From positions 130,820 through 162,819 of the forward strand of contig NZ_FNLK01000014.1 in assembly GCF_900105015.1 (NCBI RefSeq): a DNA stretch of 32,000 nt, given 5' to 3'. How positions within the stretch are numbered: the first letter of the stretch is position 1; the number at the start of each line of letters is the position of its first letter. A program made the translations under genes and the position numbers. The stretch is from Schaalia meyeri. Its GTDB lineage: Bacteria; Actinomycetota; Actinomycetes; Actinomycetales; Actinomycetaceae. This document shows positions 29,543-32,000 of the stretch, piece by piece. The notes beneath the pieces are model-generated. The model worked only from the letters and a program-made list of their open reading frames with translations. It ran no database searches and was not told where the DNA came from.

Positions 29543-29571
29543 TGTTGTTTGTGAACTCGATAGTGTGTTTG
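29543..29571 (+). promoter_or_regulatory. rrn leader boxA-like antitermination element
   Basis: TGTTGTTTGTGAACTCGATAGTGTGTTTG closely resembles the conserved mycobacterial leader segment GTTGTTTGAGAACTCAATAGTGTGTTTGG (from memory). A related copy occurs in the ITS. Confidence 0.55.
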
Positions 29572-29669
29572 TTTGTTTTTATGCCTGTTTTTTGTTTTTG
29601 AGTGTTTTTGGTTGGGATTGCCTGCCCTTTTTGTGTGGTGGGTTTTTCTGGGCTTTGACGTTTTGTTTT

Positions 29670-31609
<1,940 letters not shown>

Positions 31610-32000
31610 TGTTTAGTTTTGTTGGGCATTCGGTGGATGCCTTGGTATCAAGAGCTGATGAAGGACGTTGCGGCCTGCGATATGCCTCGGGGAGTTGGCG
31701 AGCGAGCGTTATTATCCGAGGGTGTCCGAATGGGGGAACCTAACCTGGGTTGTGCTGGGTTACCATCATCTGAACGTGTATAGGGTGGTGGGGGAACGCG
31801 GGGAAGTGAAACATCTTAGTACCCGTAGGAGAAGATATTCCGTGAGTAGTGGCGAGCGAAAGCGGAGGAGGCTAAACCAGATGCGTGTGATAGGCGGCGG
31901 CTGTTGCGTGTTTGGTGTTGTGGGGCCATGTTGGATCCTTCTGCCGGGGGTCGCGTTGCATTGTGTTGGGAGTTGAACAGTCTGGGATGGCTGACCGGAG
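31610..32000 (+). rRNA. rrl: 23S ribosomal RNA, 5' end (3'-partial; start +/- 10 nt)
   Basis: CGGTGGATGCCTTGG at 31631, GAAGGACGT, CCGAATGGGGAAACC-like and GGGAACGCGGGGAAGTGAAACATCTTAGTACC are conserved 23S domain I sequences. Confidence 0.9.

Overview
High-GC actinobacterial chromosomal segment. From memory, the 16S rRNA gene at the right end and the gene content look Actinomycetaceae-like (Schaalia/Actinomyces group); I cannot verify this without a database search. Housekeeping genes dominate: hemQ (5'-partial), a TetR + MacB/FtsX-type ABC exporter operon, a TfoX-N protein, a flavodoxin-like NAD(P)H oxidoreductase, fumC, an MFS transporter, osmC-thyA-folA, the convergent pdtaS/whiB1 pair, a large FHA-FtsK/SpoIIIE ATPase, ligA, a PLD/cardiolipin-synthase-like gene that appears frameshifted, gatCAB, an ACT-malic enzyme, and the start of an rrn operon (leader, 16S, ITS without tRNA, 5' end of 23S). 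I saw no CRISPR array, tRNA, intact IS element or prophage. Accessory-looking DNA is confined to about 1.2-3.6 kb, where GC is visibly lower. It holds a compact, signal-less, motif-divergent S8 subtilase translationally coupled to an orphan 153-aa protein, next to a 3'-truncated Abi_C/TIGR02391 (HEPN-type) gene. That pair is my best candidate for an undescribed conflict/defence-type module, but the evidence is thin and I do not see a clear-cut multi-gene novel system. Other points worth a second look: three consensus-grade DnaA boxes clustered in the ligA/FtsK-like divergent promoter region; an EssC-like ATPase with one intact P-loop and no T7SS neighbours; two decayed genes (amino-acid permease relic, frameshifted PLD gene); and duplicated boxA-like elements in a strongly G+T-skewed rrn leader and spacer. 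Many long ORFs in the supplied track are antisense/high-GC artefacts and were discarded.
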